Assembly: GCF_964204645.1 (NCBI RefSeq)
Contig: NC_134031.1
Location: 13,937,807-14,001,806, forward strand
From: Tubulanus polymorphus
Taxonomy: Eukaryota > Animalia > Nemertea
Length of the DNA stretch: 64,000 nucleotides
Direction: 5' to 3'
Under the pieces are notes generated by a model, which saw nothing but the letters and a program-made list of their open reading frames with translations, ran no database searches and had not been told where the DNA came from. The position numbers and the translations under genes were made by a program. Of the stretch, positions 62,576 to 64,000 are shown piece after piece; position 1 is the first letter of the stretch, and each line of letters begins with the position of its first letter.

Positions 62576-64000
62576 CTCTGGGAGTTCAATATCAAATAAA
62601 GATAGTTGAGCCTAGGTCTATCCTCGCTTACCAGGTTCTGTTTGGCTCACGCCAACACGAGCTCTGTCTGTAGGCCTAAGATTTTTTTGGGTGCACGGGT
62701 GGCCGCTTAGCGGCCACCAGCGATTAGCCAATCGCACGCGTGAAAAACAACGTATCTGATTGGCTTAAATACTTATAAATCTCTGGCGATGTAATAGGCC
62801 GATGAATGGTTTGCGGCCAGGGTTTGTGTGGGCGTGAGCTTCGGCTTCAGTTCCAGAGAAGATCTAGACCATTAACAAACTGACCTTGACCTGGGCTCCG
62901 GCGTAATGTCGAAGTACATAATACGTAGAATATGCGTTGCGTAATTACGAATCAATGACGGAAGTTGAATTCCGTCGTCTGTCGTCGATTTATTCGCTTC
63001 ATTGGACTGTGAGTATATATTTACCATCCATGAATACTTTCGATCCATCAATCATCGCCCAATCGGGATCTCCGAATCAGTTGAAATACTTTCCGTCTTA
63101 AGTTTTAGCAACCAACGCTGAATTTCACGGCAAGTCATCTTATCCGGAGGCAAAGAAATCGAAGCTAGCAACCGCATTACTGAGTAACATAGCAACTTTT
63201 TTCGGTGATATCATAGCAACCGGTGGCATGATAAGGGTTCGAGTCCCGATTTATTGCGCTGTCATATCGGGCCACAGCGTATTCAAACCGTGTGCCTAAT
63301 AAATATCGAGTATCGACCTACGTTTATCCATATACGCGAGAAAGATTCACCCTGACTGCAAACTAGTAAAGGGCCTAGAGTTGAGTAGGCTTCGCCGAGA
63401 CCGGGAAGCGCGTAGCGCAGGACCCCAAAAATAGTACCTAGATCAATGGAACCAGCCACAGGTAGGGCAGTGAAACGGTAGGCTAATTCAACAAATAGGA
63501 GAGTCGACGGAAAACTGATGTATGTGCGAAATCCGTGGATCCTGAGAGGCAAATCGATGAAAAAATAGAGGATTCCTTGGAACTATTTTGCTTGAAGTTA
63601 GAATACGGCGCCATACCAAACGTGGCAGTTCGGGGATTCCCTGCAATATCCGTACGACACCGGGGCGGTACCAATTCAAATTCAAATCATCCCGTTCCGC
63701 CTTTTTCCTTTCTAGACGACTATCATTTCAAAAGTTTGGATGGGCATGTGGAGAACGAAACTCACTTCTACGTAAAGTGAAGATGTTGGCGGCGGACAGC
63801 GAACGCATCCCGCAAATTGTGCGAACCACGTGTCGTAGCCTACCGACATCGTAGCGGTTACGCTTTTGGGTTGGTTCACTGAGCGTTTCACAAGTGTTTT
63901 TATCGCGACTAAAGTGTAGGATATTATCGATATTATGAATATTCGTAGGTAGTAGCAAATTTTCCGGGCATAATGAAGTTCACAATTTATTTGCATAATT

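Larger units (their letters stand above)
36457..64000 (+). repeat. U2 snDNA tandem array, 1803/1804-bp unit; continues past the right edge
   Basis: Unit starts at 36457, 38260, 40063, 41866, 43670, 45473, 47277, 49081, 50885, 52689, 54493, 56297, 58101 (disrupted) and 63228; units are near identical. Confidence 0.99.

Noticed and set aside
36457-64000. Array as a CRISPR or rDNA/5S cluster
   Set aside because: The units are near identical with no variable spacers, and the only RNA gene I recognise is U2.

Overview
Eukaryotic, AT-rich invertebrate genomic DNA (probably lophotrochozoan; inference) in three parts. (1) 1-4250: the 5' part of a DIRS-like tyrosine-recombinase retrotransposon (minus strand; gag-like ORF1 with a premature stop, RT/RNase H with a 1-nt frameshift), lying in an intron. 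(2) 4296-29930: a multi-exon mitofusin (Mfn/Marf) gene on the minus strand whose last exons lie beyond the left edge. It has two homologous 103-nt exons (14390-14492, 10984-11086) that must be mutually exclusive to keep frame. Its introns and upstream region are full of MITEs, Helentron-like non-autonomous elements and decayed LINE pieces. (3) 36457-64000: a near-homogeneous tandem array of U2 snRNA genes (1803/1804-bp unit, 12 complete genes). The 13th unit is broken by two stacked insertions at the same U2 site (nt ~22-32): a 5'-truncated, apparently young L1/Tx1-clade retrotransposon with a 42-nt poly(A), and an unidentified ~1-kb non-coding element flanked by a 10-bp U2-derived duplication. 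Coordinates were read by eye; no database searches were run.
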